Below are positions 17,833 to 27,738 of a stretch of DNA of 64,000 nucleotides, piece by piece. The notes under the pieces were generated by a model. It ran no database searches, was not told the origin of the DNA, and saw only the letters and a program-made list of their open reading frames with translations. Where the stretch lies: positions 2,720,001 through 2,784,000 of the forward strand of contig CAVYRF010000002.1 of assembly GCA_963770895.1 (NCBI GenBank). Reading direction: 5' to 3'. The DNA is from an uncultured Acidobacteriota bacterium. GTDB lineage: Bacteria; Acidobacteriota; Thermoanaerobaculia; Multivoradales; UBA5704. Position numbers and translations under genes: made by a program. Position 1 is the first letter of the stretch; every line of letters begins with the position of its first letter.

Positions 17833-20800
17833 CGCCGCCGGACGACGCGGCGGCTGCCCTGGCGCGCGACCGGCAGGCGCGCGCCGCGGCGCAGACCCGC
17901 TTCGACCGGCCGCTGGTCCTGGAGGCGGGCGCGGGCACCGGCAAGACGACGACGCTGATCGCCCGACTGCTGGCGTGGTGCCTGGGACCTGGCTGGGACA
18001 GGGCGGCCGGCGAACCCGGCGCCGCGACGGCGGCGCCGCCAGTCTCGGAGATTCTGGCAGGCCCGGAGACGCTGACAAGCTCAACCTCGCCGACAGGCTC
18101 GCAGGCGCTGGCAGGTGTGGCGACGCTGGCAGGCGCGGCGACGCCTGCAGCCCCGACGTTGCTCACGGGGCCGGCGGTGGCGGCGGACGAGGTGGTGGCG
18201 GCGCGGGTGCTGCGCCGGGTGGTGGCGCTCACCTTCACCGAGGCGGCGGCGGCGGAGATGGCGGAGCGCGCCGCGCGCGAGCTGGCGGCGCTGGCGCGCG
18301 GCGGCCGGGTGGCGGACTGGATGGGCGCCGCGGCGCTGCCGGCGGGGCCTGACTTGGTGCGGCGGGCGCGGGCGCTGGTGGCGACGCTGGATCACCTGTC
18401 GGTCGAAACCATCCACGCCTATTGCCTGCGGCTGCTGGCCAGCTATCCGCTGGAGGCGCGGGTGCACCCCGTCCTGCAGGTGGACGTGGACGGCAGCCTG
18501 GTCGAGCAGGCGATCGCCGAAACGGTGGAAGGCGCCCTGCGGTCCGGCTATGGGTCGCCCGGCGATCCGCACCTGCTGGCGCTGGCGGCGGCAGGGTGCG
18601 GTCCGCGCGAGGTGGCCGAGGCGCTCGCCGTGCTGGTGGCGGCGGGGTTGCCGGCGGCGGTCCTGGAGCGCGATCCGTTTGCCGGTGACGGCTGGGCGCG
18701 GCTGGTCGAGCGCCTGGTCGAGGCCGCGTCGGGACTGCACCAGATCCTGACCCCCCGCCTTGCCGGCAGCCGCCTGCCGCTCGCCGCGGCGGTCGAAGCG
18801 GCGCTGGCGCACCTGGCGCCGCGGGCACGGCTGGCGCTGTTGGCCCTGTCGACGCGGTCGGCACGATCGGCGGGGCCGGCGCTTGGCGCCGGTGGTGCCG
18901 GCGATGTCGGAGATGCCGGGGGCCATGGCGATGGGGGCGATGCGGGTGGTACCGGCGGCGATCGCGATGCGGCCGATGCGACCGACCCGAACGATGGGGG
19001 CGGTGCCGGCGGCGGCGCGCCCCTGGAGCGGCTGGCGGAGGAGCTGCGGCAGGCGGCGCTGCAATGGTTTCCCGCCAACCTCCGCCAGCGTCTGGCGGAT
19101 TGGGGCAAGGGGCGGCTGGTCAAGCAGGAGCAGGAGCGGCTGGGCGAGGTACGCCAGGAGCTGGAGGCGCTGGCGGCGGCCATGGCGCGGCTGCTCGACC
19201 AGTTGGAGCGTATCGATCCGGCGCGGCTGCGCACGGCGCGGCTGGCGCTGGCGCCGCTGCTCGGCCAGGTGCGCGAGCAGCTCACCCGCCGCGGCATCGT
19301 TTCGTTCGACGACCTGCTGCGCGGCGCGCGGCGCCTGCTCGCGGCGCACCCGGAGGTGCGCACGCGGCTGCGGCGCGGCATCGATCAGCTCCTGGTGGAC
19401 GAGTTTCAGGACACCGACGCGACGCAGTGCGAAGTGCTGCGCTGGCTGGCCCTGGACGGACCGCCCGGCGAGCGGCCGGGGCTGTTCCTGGTGGGCGATC
19501 CCAAGCAGTCGATCTACGGTTGGCGCAGCGCCGACCTGCGCGCCTACGCCGGCTTCGTGGCGGCGGTGGTCGCGGCCGGTGGCGTGGTGCTGCCGCTGGT
19601 CGAAAACTTCCGCTCCCTGCCGGCGATCCTGGACGAGGTGACGCGGGTGATGGCGCCCGTCATGCGCGAGCGCGCCGGCGTGCAGCCGCCGCACGCGCCG
19701 CTCGTGCCCTGCGAGCGCCGCGTCGCCGATGCGCCGCCGGCGGGCGGCGGCCGGGCGGCGGTCGAGCACTGGATCTCCTGGCCGCCGGACGCCGGGCAGG
19801 AGGCCGATCTCGCCGCCGCGACGGCGCTCGAAGCCGAGGCCATCGCCGGCGACCTGGCCGCCTTGCATGCGGACCGCGGCATGGCCTGGCGCGAGGCGGC
19901 CATCCTGCTGCGCAGCACCGGCGACCTGGACGTCTATCTGGATGCGCTGCGCCGCCGGGGGATCCCGTTCGCGGTTGGCCGCGACACGCAGTATTTCCGC
20001 CGGCGCGAGATCATCGATGCCGCGGCGCTGGTGCGGGCGGTGCTCGATCCGGGCGACCACCTGGCGCTGGTCACGCTGCTGCGCTCGCCGATGGTCGGCG
20101 TGCCGGATGCCGCGCTCATCCCCCTGTGGCGCCACCAGCTGCCGCGCCTGGTCACCGACCTGGACGCACCCGCCGCGGAGCCGCTGGCGGCGGTGTGCGC
20201 GGCGGTCGCGGCGGCGGTGCGCGACATGCCGCCCGGCGTGCCCGGCCTGGCGCGGGTGGCAGGCTGGGACCTCAACCTGATCTCGGCCATCGAGCACCTG
20301 GCGGTGTTGCGCCAGTCGTTCGCCGTGCAGCCCATCGACCTGTTCGTCGAGCGGCTGCGGCGGCTGTTCCTGCTCGACGCCATCGCCGCCGCCCGGCACC
20401 TGGGCGCCTACCGGCTGGCCAACCTGGACCGCTTCTTCCGCCTGCTGCTGGTCGAGATCGAGCGCGGCGGCGGCGACGCGACCGCGGTCCTGCGCGCCCT
20501 GCGCGTCAAGATCGCAACCGGCCGCGAGGCCGAGGAGGGGCGGCCGCTGGCCGGCGCCGAAGACGCCGTTTCAGTGCTCACCATCCATGGCGCCAAGGGC
20601 CTGGACTTCACCCACGTCTACCTGCCGCAGCTGCACAAACCGGGCAAAAAGGACCAGGCGCCGCCCACCGCGGTGGGCTGGGACCCCCCGCAGTCCGGCC
20701 GCCGCCCGCCCGGCGATCCCGACCTGGACGGCTGGGAGTACTGCCTGTTCGGCAACGCCACGCCGGACTTCGATCGGGTGGAGGAGCGGCGCCTGGAGGT

Positions 20801-22001
20801 CGAATCCGCCGAGCGGGTCCGCACCCTCTACGTCGCCATGACCCGCGCCAAGGACCGCCTGGTCCTTGCCGCCTGCTGGCCGCGCCGCGCCGCCGCGCCG
20901 CCCGCCCCCGAGCAGGCCCGCAGCCACCTGCACCTGCTCGCCTGGCGCCCCGGCAGCCCCGATCTGCAATGGCTCTGGGAGGCCGCAGGCCGATCGGTCC
21001 CGGCCGCCCAGACCGATTCTCCGGTTGCCGCGGTGGATTTTGTCGACTCCGCGGGCGTGGCCTGGCGTTTTCCGGCGTTTGCCGCGTGGGCCGCGCCCGC
21101 CGTCGCCGCGCCCGCCGTGACCGCGCTGGCCGGAGGGGTGCCCGCCGTAGGAGCGCTCGCCGCGCCCGCCGCGGTCGCGGCGCAGGCCGCCGACCAGGAC
21201 CGCAACCGCGCGGTGGCGGCGGCGCGCATGGCAAGCCCCTTCGGCGCCGCCGCTTCGGAAGAAGCCCACGCCGAGCTGCGCGAAGAGATCGCCACCCGCA
21301 CCGCCGCCGTGGAGCCGTCCACCCCATCGCCTGCCGTGGAACCGGCCCCACCTCCCGTCGACGCGGCTTCGGCGGCGCCCGACGCAAACGTCGAGGAAGC
21401 GGCGGCGGCGCGCGCGGCGGCGATGGCGGCGGGCGCGGCGTTTCACCGGGCGGTGGAGCTTTGGGACCTGGGCGCCGACGTGGGCGCAGAGACCGAGCGC
21501 CAGCGCGCGATGCTGGCCTCCTACCTGGCGGCGGTGACGGCGGACCGCGATCGCGAGCGGGGCCTGGCGCGCGCCAGCGCGATGCTCGACCGGTTTGTCG
21601 CCGGCGGCCTGGCGGAGCGGCTGTGTCAGCTGGCGCCGCAGGTGATCGCCCGCGAGCTGCCGGTGCTGCTGGCGCCGCCGGCGGCGTTTCCCGCGTCGGC
21701 GGGGTCGGCGGGGTCGGCGCACGGGGTGCCGGCGGGTTTCGTGTCGGGCACGATCGACCTGCTGTACCGCGACCCCGCGAGCGGCGCCCTGGTGATCGCG
21801 GACTACAAGACGGACGACGTGGCTGGCGCCGCCCTGGCGAGCCGGGCGGCGATCTACGCCAGCCAGGGGGCGGCGTACGTGACCGCGATCCAGGCGGCGC
21901 TCGCGCTGCCGGCGCCACCCCGCTTCGAACTGTGGTTTGTCATCGCCGGCCAGGTGGTGGCGCCGGCCATGGCCGCCCCCGGCCGCGGCGGCGCGGGGTA
22001 A
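17829..22001 (+). CDS. addA: AddA/RecB-like UvrD helicase-nuclease
   Basis: GTG start overlaps the addB stop. Motifs AGAGTGKT, VDEFQDT, VGDPKQSIY, ENFRS, TIHGAKGL, LYVAMTRA; C-terminal nuclease GTIDLLY..IADYKT. Confidence 0.88.
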   Translation: MTPPDDAAAALARDRQARAAAQTRFDRPLVLEAGAGTGKTTTLIARLLAWCLGPGWDRAAGEPGAATAAPPVSEILAGPETLTSSTSPTGSQALAGVATLAGAATPAAPTLLTGPAVAADEVVAARVLRRVVALTFTEAAAAEMAERAARELAALARGGRVADWMGAAALPAGPDLVRRARALVATLDHLSVETIHAYCLRLLASYPLEARVHPVLQVDVDGSLVEQAIAETVEGALRSGYGSPGDPHLLALAAAGCGPREVAEALAVLVAAGLPAAVLERDPFAGDGWARLVERLVEAASGLHQILTPRLAGSRLPLAAAVEAALAHLAPRARLALLALSTRSARSAGPALGAGGAGDVGDAGGHGDGGDAGGTGGDRDAADATDPNDGGGAGGGAPLERLAEELRQAALQWFPANLRQRLADWGKGRLVKQEQERLGEVRQELEALAAAMARLLDQLERIDPARLRTARLALAPLLGQVREQLTRRGIVSFDDLLRGARRLLAAHPEVRTRLRRGIDQLLVDEFQDTDATQCEVLRWLALDGPPGERPGLFLVGDPKQSIYGWRSADLRAYAGFVAAVVAAGGVVLPLVENFRSLPAILDEVTRVMAPVMRERAGVQPPHAPLVPCERRVADAPPAGGGRAAVEHWISWPPDAGQEADLAAATALEAEAIAGDLAALHADRGMAWREAAILLRSTGDLDVYLDALRRRGIPFAVGRDTQYFRRREIIDAAALVRAVLDPGDHLALVTLLRSPMVGVPDAALIPLWRHQLPRLVTDLDAPAAEPLAAVCAAVAAAVRDMPPGVPGLARVAGWDLNLISAIEHLAVLRQSFAVQPIDLFVERLRRLFLLDAIAAARHLGAYRLANLDRFFRLLLVEIERGGGDATAVLRALRVKIATGREAEEGRPLAGAEDAVSVLTIHGAKGLDFTHVYLPQLHKPGKKDQAPPTAVGWDPPQSGRRPPGDPDLDGWEYCLFGNATPDFDRVEERRLEVESAERVRTLYVAMTRAKDRLVLAACWPRRAAAPPAPEQARSHLHLLAWRPGSPDLQWLWEAAGRSVPAAQTDSPVAAVDFVDSAGVAWRFPAFAAWAAPAVAAPAVTALAGGVPAVGALAAPAAVAAQAADQDRNRAVAAARMASPFGAAASEEAHAELREEIATRTAAVEPSTPSPAVEPAPPPVDAASAAPDANVEEAAAARAAAMAAGAAFHRAVELWDLGADVGAETERQRAMLASYLAAVTADRDRERGLARASAMLDRFVAGGLAERLCQLAPQVIARELPVLLAPPAAFPASAGSAGSAHGVPAGFVSGTIDLLYRDPASGALVIADYKTDDVAGAALASRAAIYASQGAAYVTAIQAALALPAPPRFELWFVIAGQVVAPAMAAPGRGGAG

Positions 22002-22041
22002 GCTTGGGACCCATGAGCAGCGGTCGCCGGCGGTCTCACCC

Positions 22042-23001
22042 ATGAGCAGCCCCGAATTCTCGGTGGTGGTGCCGACGCACAACCGGCTGGAGGTGCTGGC
22101 GGAGGTGCTGTCGGCCCTGGCGCGGCAGGAGGGCGCGCCGGCGTTCGAGGTGGTGGTGGTGGACGACGGCTCGACCGACGGCACCGGCGAGTGGCTGCGC
22201 GGCCGCAGCTTCGATCTGGCGCTGCGCGTGCTCAGCCAGGAGAACCGCGGTCCGGCGGCGGCGCGCAATACCGGCGTGGCCGTGGCGGCGGGGCGCTGGG
22301 TGGCCTTTCTGGGGGACGATACCGTCCCCGCGATTGGATGGCTGGCGGCCCATCACGCCGCCCATCGCAGCCATGGCGACGACCCCCACCTGGCGGTGTT
22401 GGGCTACACCGGCTGGCACCCGCGCATGCGGCTGACCCCCTTCCTGCGCTACATCAACGAATACGGCCTGCAGTTCGGCTATGCGCTGATCAAGGATCCC
22501 CAGGACGTGCCGTTCAATTTCTTCTACACCTCCAACATCTCCCTGGCGCGCGAGCTGCTGTTGGCGGAGCCCTTCGACCTGCGATTTCCCTATGCGGCAT
22601 GGGAAGATATCGAGGTGGCGTACCGTTTGAAGAAGAGAGGGCTCAGGATGATGTACCAACCGGCTGCACAGGTCGCCCACGATCACCCCACCGACCTTGC
22701 GCGCTTCGCCGCGCGCCAGGAGCGGGCGGGCTACTGCGCCGCCGTCTTCGAGCGCCTGCACCCCGAGCTCGGCGGCTTCCTGGGCATCGGCCCGGACGGC
22801 CCGCCGCCGCTCCCCGACGCCGCCGTCCAGAGGCGGCGCGAAAAGCTGGTGCGGGCCTTGCAAAAATGGCCAATAGCACTACCCCACATGTGGGAGGATG
22901 TGCTGAGATTTCACTACGTCAAAGGTCTTCATCGCGCTTGGAACAACCCGGAACTTCATCCGGCAGCCAGCCTGGAGACCAAAAAGGAGATGAACCCATG
23001 A
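22042..23001 (+). CDS. Glycosyltransferase family 2
   Basis: SVVVPTHNR, VVVDDGSTDGT, GPAAARNTG, FLGDD and WEDIE motifs. Confidence 0.9.
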   Translation: MSSPEFSVVVPTHNRLEVLAEVLSALARQEGAPAFEVVVVDDGSTDGTGEWLRGRSFDLALRVLSQENRGPAAARNTGVAVAAGRWVAFLGDDTVPAIGWLAAHHAAHRSHGDDPHLAVLGYTGWHPRMRLTPFLRYINEYGLQFGYALIKDPQDVPFNFFYTSNISLARELLLAEPFDLRFPYAAWEDIEVAYRLKKRGLRMMYQPAAQVAHDHPTDLARFAARQERAGYCAAVFERLHPELGGFLGIGPDGPPPLPDAAVQRRREKLVRALQKWPIALPHMWEDVLRFHYVKGLHRAWNNPELHPAASLETKKEMNP

Positions 23002-24368
23002 CAACCCTGCGGCGGGCACTCAAGAGTCCCTTCAAGGGTGCGTCCATCCAGGCACTCGCGGCGCTCCTCTGCGCGGGGCTGCTGCTCATCGCCGTCCAAC
23101 CGGCTCTTGCAAGCACGCATGGCGGTGGCGGCGGCGGCGGTCACGCCGGCGGGGGTCACGGGGGTGGTGCAAAGTCCTCCGCGCACCCGGTCGGCGGCGG
23201 CCACTACTACGGCCCCTATCGCGGCGGCTTCGGTGGTCGCGGCTTCGGTGGACGCGGCTTCTACGGCGGCCGCGGCTTCTACGGCTACGGTTTCGGCGGC
23301 TGGGGCTTCGGCCTCGGTCTGGGCCTTGGCCTCGGCTTCGCCTGGGACTACCCCTGGTGGGGCCCCGGCTACTACGGCTACGGCTACCCGTACTACTACA
23401 CCAGCCCCTACTACTACGGCTACCAGACTCCGGCCGCACCTCCGGCGGCTGACGACGACGGCGGGTACAACCCGGGTGGCAACGACGACGGCGGCAACGG
23501 TGGCAATGGTGGGAACGGCGCCGGCACCAATCCCGCTCCGCGTGCCATGCCGCCGGCCAGCCGCGACGGCCGCGGCGCCATGGGCGCCATCAACATCGAC
23601 CTGTCGCCCAGCGACGCCCAGGTCTATCTCAACGGCCAGTACATCGGCCGCGTCCGCGACTTCGGCGGCTGGCAGCACGGCTACCTCTGGTTGAAGGAAG
23701 GCACCTACGACATCGCCTTCTACAAGGAGGGCTTCAAGACCCTGGCCCGCCAGGTGACCATCTATCCGGGCCTCATCATCACCTGGGACGACAAGATGGA
23801 GCCCGGCCAGGCCGTGCGGCCCGAAGATCTGCCCAGCAAGTCCCACGCTCGGCGCGACGCGCGCATTCAGTTCGAGCGCGATCGCGCGGCGCAGATCGAC
23901 CAGGGCACCTACAACGCGGCCCCGCAGGGCTCGGCGACCCCGCAGACCGACGAGCCGCCCCCCTACGCCGGTGGCGACAGCTGGCGTGATCGCGTCGACC
24001 AGGACCGCGCCAACGGCTCGGCCAATCCGGCCCAGCCGCAGCGCAACACCCAGCCCGCGCCGGCGGCCGCTCCGTCGATGGTTGCCGCCGACTCGGATAC
24101 CGAACCGCCGGCCAGCGGCGCCAATGCCCGCTACGGCCACCTTCACCTGAAGGTCGACCCGGCGGACGCCTGGGTGTACCTGGACGGCCGCCTCGTCGGC
24201 ACCGGCGGTGATCTGGCCGCCGATTCCACCGGTCTGGTCATCGCCCCCGGCCACCACAAGCTCTCCGTCGCTCGCCCTGGCCGCCAGGCCAAGGTGCGCG
24301 ACTTCGACGCCGCCGTGGGCAACGACGTCAACCTGACGGTCAATCTGGCGCCGGCCCCCGCGCAGTAA
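22998..24368 (+). CDS. Secreted Gly/Tyr-rich protein with two PEGA-like domains
   Basis: ATG overlaps the GT stop. Signal peptide, GGRGF repeats, Tyr-rich tract, and two PEGA-like units (PSDAQVYLNGQYIG, PADAWVYLDGRLVG). Confidence 0.8.
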   Translation: MTTLRRALKSPFKGASIQALAALLCAGLLLIAVQPALASTHGGGGGGGHAGGGHGGGAKSSAHPVGGGHYYGPYRGGFGGRGFGGRGFYGGRGFYGYGFGGWGFGLGLGLGLGFAWDYPWWGPGYYGYGYPYYYTSPYYYGYQTPAAPPAADDDGGYNPGGNDDGGNGGNGGNGAGTNPAPRAMPPASRDGRGAMGAINIDLSPSDAQVYLNGQYIGRVRDFGGWQHGYLWLKEGTYDIAFYKEGFKTLARQVTIYPGLIITWDDKMEPGQAVRPEDLPSKSHARRDARIQFERDRAAQIDQGTYNAAPQGSATPQTDEPPPYAGGDSWRDRVDQDRANGSANPAQPQRNTQPAPAAAPSMVAADSDTEPPASGANARYGHLHLKVDPADAWVYLDGRLVGTGGDLAADSTGLVIAPGHHKLSVARPGRQAKVRDFDAAVGNDVNLTVNLAPAPAQ

Positions 24369-24397
24369 TCGAGCGGACGCCAGCTTCACCACCTCCG

Positions 24398-24426
24398 ACG
24401 GCGGGCTTCCAAAGCCCGCCGTTTTT
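24398..24426 (+). terminator. Intrinsic terminator
   Basis: The arms acggcgggct and agcccgccgt form a hairpin followed by a T run, about 30 bp after the PEGA gene stop. Confidence 0.8.
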
Positions 24427-24475
24427 GCGTTCCGACCGCCGTGCGGATAGCGATTGGCACTGCACAGAGGCCCCA

Positions 24476-24637
24476 GTGGCCTGTACCAGCAAAATCCGTA
24501 GTGCCTGGCTTGCCCTCGACGGCTGGGGCGGCGTTACGCCTCCTCGACATAGCTTCGACTATGCCTGCGTCGGCGCGCCTGGCCCCCGCCGCCGATTGGC
24601 GGCGCCATCCACTACGAATTTCACTGGTACAGGCCAC
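24476..24637. mobile_element. MITE-like palindromic element, copy 1
   Basis: ~28-bp imperfect terminal inverted repeats (gtggcctgtaccag.../...ctggtacaggccac) and an internal hairpin. A homologous copy lies at 42253-42418. Confidence 0.8.
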
Positions 24638-24698
24638 CGAGGCGACCCCTCTTCAGGAGTCCGCCGTTGTGTGGCTTATTTGGGGGAGGGAATTGAAA

Positions 24699-24767
24699 GA
24701 GGCGGGCCGCCAACGACCAATGGGCTACCGGGGCTGCGAGTTTCGCGCTACCGACCCTGCCTCTGGC
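24699..24767 (-). ncRNA. Candidate sigma54-dependent small RNA
   Basis: A long stem with three G-U pairs that work only on the minus strand, starting a few nt after the predicted sigma54 start site. Confidence 0.35.
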
Positions 24768-24778
24768 TCGGGTTAACC

Positions 24779-24793
24779 GCAAGAGGCATGCCA
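24779..24793 (-). promoter_or_regulatory. sigma54 (-24/-12) promoter
   Basis: The minus strand reads TGGCATG-CCTC-TTGC, matching TGGCAYR-N4-TTGC. Confidence 0.55.
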
Positions 24794-24928
24794 GAAGAAT
24801 GAGGCCGCGGTGGTGGTGTAGCATCGCGGTGAATGGAGCCGCCAGGCTCGGCCCGCCTCGCGGTTCGCTGCGCGAGACCACCTCGGCCGAGACCGCGCCG
24901 GGCCGGCTCGGTACGGGAAGGACATGCC

Positions 24929-25300
24929 ATGCCGGACCAGGACGACACGTTGAGCGCCAAACGATGCAAGCCATGCGAAGGCGAAACCGCGCCGATCGAG
25001 GGCGAAGAGCTGCGGCGCCTGGCGGCGCAGGTGCCCGATTGGACGGTGACCGGCGGCGAGGGCTCCGGCGGCGGCGCCAGGCGCCTCGAACGGCAGTTCA
25101 AGTTCCCCGACTTCCGCAGCGCGCTCGCCTTCGTCAACCGCGTCGGCGAGGTCGCCGAAGAGGAAGGCCACCACCCCGATCTCGAGCTGGGCTGGGGCCG
25201 CGTCAAGGTGATCCTGTGGACGCACTCGATCGGCGGCCTGTCGGAAAACGACTTCATCCTGGCCGCCAAAGCCGACCAGGCGCTGGCTGCAGCCGGGTAA
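24929..25300 (+). CDS. phhB: Pterin-4-alpha-carbinolamine dehydratase
   Basis: CKPCEG N-terminus, AEEEGHHPDL and WTHSIGGLSENDFILAAK family motifs. Confidence 0.92.
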   Translation: MPDQDDTLSAKRCKPCEGETAPIEGEELRRLAAQVPDWTVTGGEGSGGGARRLERQFKFPDFRSALAFVNRVGEVAEEEGHHPDLELGWGRVKVILWTHSIGGLSENDFILAAKADQALAAAG

Positions 25301-25315
25301 GGCGCCGCCGCCGTC

Positions 25316-27469
25316 TCAGGGGACGGCGGCGTGGCTGGTTTCACCGCCGGCGGCGGGCAGGTAGCACTGGCAGACGTAGTCGATGACCATGCGATCGGCG
25401 CTGTAACGCCACCCCAGGGTGCGGATGGCGCGCTTGACGCGGGCGATCCAGCCTTGCGGGATGCCCTGGTCGTCGCGCTCGAAATAGAGTGGCACCACCT
25501 GTCGTTCCAGCACCTGGAACAGCGCTTCGGCGTCGCGGGCGTCCTGCACCTGGGGATCGCGGTGCGAGGTCGTGCCGCCGATGGCGAAGCCGTTGCCGCC
25601 GTCATAGGCTTCGGCCCACCAGCCGTCCAGGATGGAGATGTTGAGGACGCCGTTGAGGATGCACTTCTGGCCGCTGGTGCCGCAGGCTTCGAGCGGGCGC
25701 CGCGGGGTGTTGAGCCAGGCGTCCACGCCCTGCACCAGCTGCCGGCTGACGTGCATCGAGTAGTCCTCGACGAAGACGATGCGGCCGGCGAAGCGCGGGT
25801 CTTCGTCCAGCCGCGCGACGCGCTGCGCCAGCTCCTTGCCGCCGTTGTCCTGCGGGTGCGCCTTGCCGGCATAGATGATCTGCACCGGGCGGCCGGGGGC
25901 GTTCAGCAGCCGCTCCAGCCGCTCCGGGTCGCTGAGCAGCAGATCGGCCCGCTTGTAGGTGGCAAAGCGCCGGGCAAATCCGATCGTCAAGGCGGCGGGG
26001 TTGAGCGGCGGCGGCGGCGGCGCCGCGGCGTCGGGCACCTGCAGCCGCTCGCGGCGGCTGGCCCGGCGCGCGCGCACGAAGGCCAGCAGCTGCGTTTTCA
26101 GGACCTGGTGCACCTCCCACAGCTCGGCGTCGGGGATGGCGTCGATCTGGCCCCACACGTCGGCGCGCGAGATGGTTTGCAGCCAGCGATTGCCCAGGTA
26201 GTGGGCGATCAGCTCGTGCATGTCGCTAGCCATCCAGGTGCGGGCGTGCACGCCGTTGGTGATGTGGCCGATCGGCACCGCTTCCTCGGCCAGCCCCGGA
26301 TAGAGCCGCTCCCACATCCGGCGAGAGACGCGGCCGTGCAGCGCCGACACGCCGTTGGCGCGGCGGCACAGCCGCAGCGCCAGGGCGGTGGGGCCGAACG
26401 GCGCATCGCCATCGAACGGCGATTCCAGGCCCAGCGCCAGCACGTCGTGCACCGCCATGCCGAGCCCTGCCGCCAGCGGCGCCAGGTGGCGCGTCGCCAG
26501 GTCGGCGTTGAAGTGGTCGTGGCCGGCGGGAACCGGGGTGTGGGTGGTGAAGACGCTGGCCGCGCGGACTTCCCGCAGGGCATCTTCGGCGGTCATCTGC
26601 TCGCGCTCGACCAGCTGGCGCGCCCACTCCAGCAGGGCGAAGGCGGAGTGGCCCTCGTTGAGGTGCAGGACCGCGGGCTGGATGCCCAGCAGACCCAGGG
26701 CGCGGAAACCGCCCACGCCCAGCAGGATCTCCTGCTGGATGCGGGTCTCCTTGTCGCCGCCGTAGAGGCGCGAGGTCAGTTTGCGATCGGCCTCCGAGTT
26801 GGCGTCGTCGCGGGCGTCCAGCAGCAGCAGGTCGCTGCGCCCCACCTTGACGTGCCAGACGCGCAGGTAGACCTCGCGGCCGGGCAGCTCGACGGCGAAG
26901 CGCAGCTGCGTGCCGTCGGCGCCGGGCCAGGGATCGACCGGCAGCTCTTCGACCGCGATGGGCTCGTACAGGTCCTGCTGCCACCCCTGGGCGTCGATCT
27001 CCTGGTGGACGTAGCCTTCGTGATAGAGCAGGCCGACGCCGACCACCGGCACCCGCAGATCGCTCATGCTCTTGAGGTGGTCGCCGGCGAGCACTCCCAG
27101 GCCGCCCGAATAGATGGGCAGCGAGTGATGCAGGCCGAATTCGGCCGAAAAGTAGGCGACCGGACGCGCCAGGAGCGGTCCGGCGTGCACGAACCCCCAG
27201 CCGCCGGTGTCGCTGCCCAGGTCGTCGGCCAGGCGGCGATGGGCCTGGTTGATGCGGGCCTGGCTCTCCAGCTCGGACACCCGGCGGGCGATTTCGTCGG
27301 GCCCCATGCGCTGGAGCAGCGCGACGGGATTGTGATGGAGGGTGCTCCAGAGCTCGGGCGACAGCTCGTGGAAGAGGGCGCGGACCTCCGGCTGCCACGC
27401 CCAGAACAGGTTGCGCGACAGCTCCCGCAGCTTGGTAACCACGTCATTGTCGATGCCAGCGGTCATCAT
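25316..27469 (-). CDS. glgP: Alpha-glucan (glycogen) phosphorylase
   Basis: YFSAEFG, YSGGLGVLAGD, HLNEGH, ARRFATYKR and the PLP-binding motif EACGTSGQK. Confidence 0.95.
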   Translation of the reverse strand: MMTAGIDNDVVTKLRELSRNLFWAWQPEVRALFHELSPELWSTLHHNPVALLQRMGPDEIARRVSELESQARINQAHRRLADDLGSDTGGWGFVHAGPLLARPVAYFSAEFGLHHSLPIYSGGLGVLAGDHLKSMSDLRVPVVGVGLLYHEGYVHQEIDAQGWQQDLYEPIAVEELPVDPWPGADGTQLRFAVELPGREVYLRVWHVKVGRSDLLLLDARDDANSEADRKLTSRLYGGDKETRIQQEILLGVGGFRALGLLGIQPAVLHLNEGHSAFALLEWARQLVEREQMTAEDALREVRAASVFTTHTPVPAGHDHFNADLATRHLAPLAAGLGMAVHDVLALGLESPFDGDAPFGPTALALRLCRRANGVSALHGRVSRRMWERLYPGLAEEAVPIGHITNGVHARTWMASDMHELIAHYLGNRWLQTISRADVWGQIDAIPDAELWEVHQVLKTQLLAFVRARRASRRERLQVPDAAAPPPPPLNPAALTIGFARRFATYKRADLLLSDPERLERLLNAPGRPVQIIYAGKAHPQDNGGKELAQRVARLDEDPRFAGRIVFVEDYSMHVSRQLVQGVDAWLNTPRRPLEACGTSGQKCILNGVLNISILDGWWAEAYDGGNGFAIGGTTSHRDPQVQDARDAEALFQVLERQVVPLYFERDDQGIPQGWIARVKRAIRTLGWRYSADRMVIDYVCQCYLPAAGGETSHAAVP

Positions 27470-27738
27470 GTCTCCAGCACTTCAGCAAGGCCATCTGCGG
27501 CCGTCTCGGCCGCCGGATTGTCGATCGGAGTACGGCATGCGGCGAAGAAGGGGAATCATACCGTGAAGGCCGGGGTGCAACACGCGCCTCACTCGCGAGG
27601 CACGCGTGGTGCCGTCGCGACACGGACCAAGGGCCTTGCGCTGGCCCGCCCGCCCGCGCCGAGCCGGCCTGGATCGCCAGCCGGTCGCGCTGCAAAGACC
27701 CCGCGCGCGGGGTCGATCCATGCGCGCAGGGGTATCGA

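Noticed and set aside
13531-22001. Novel defence helicase-nuclease pair
   Set aside because: Motifs, gene order and Fe-S cysteines match housekeeping AddAB.
24441-24776. Short ORFs sharing peptide sequence with 42280..42639
   Set aside because: The similarity comes from the repeated palindromic element, and an indel shifts the frame between the copies.
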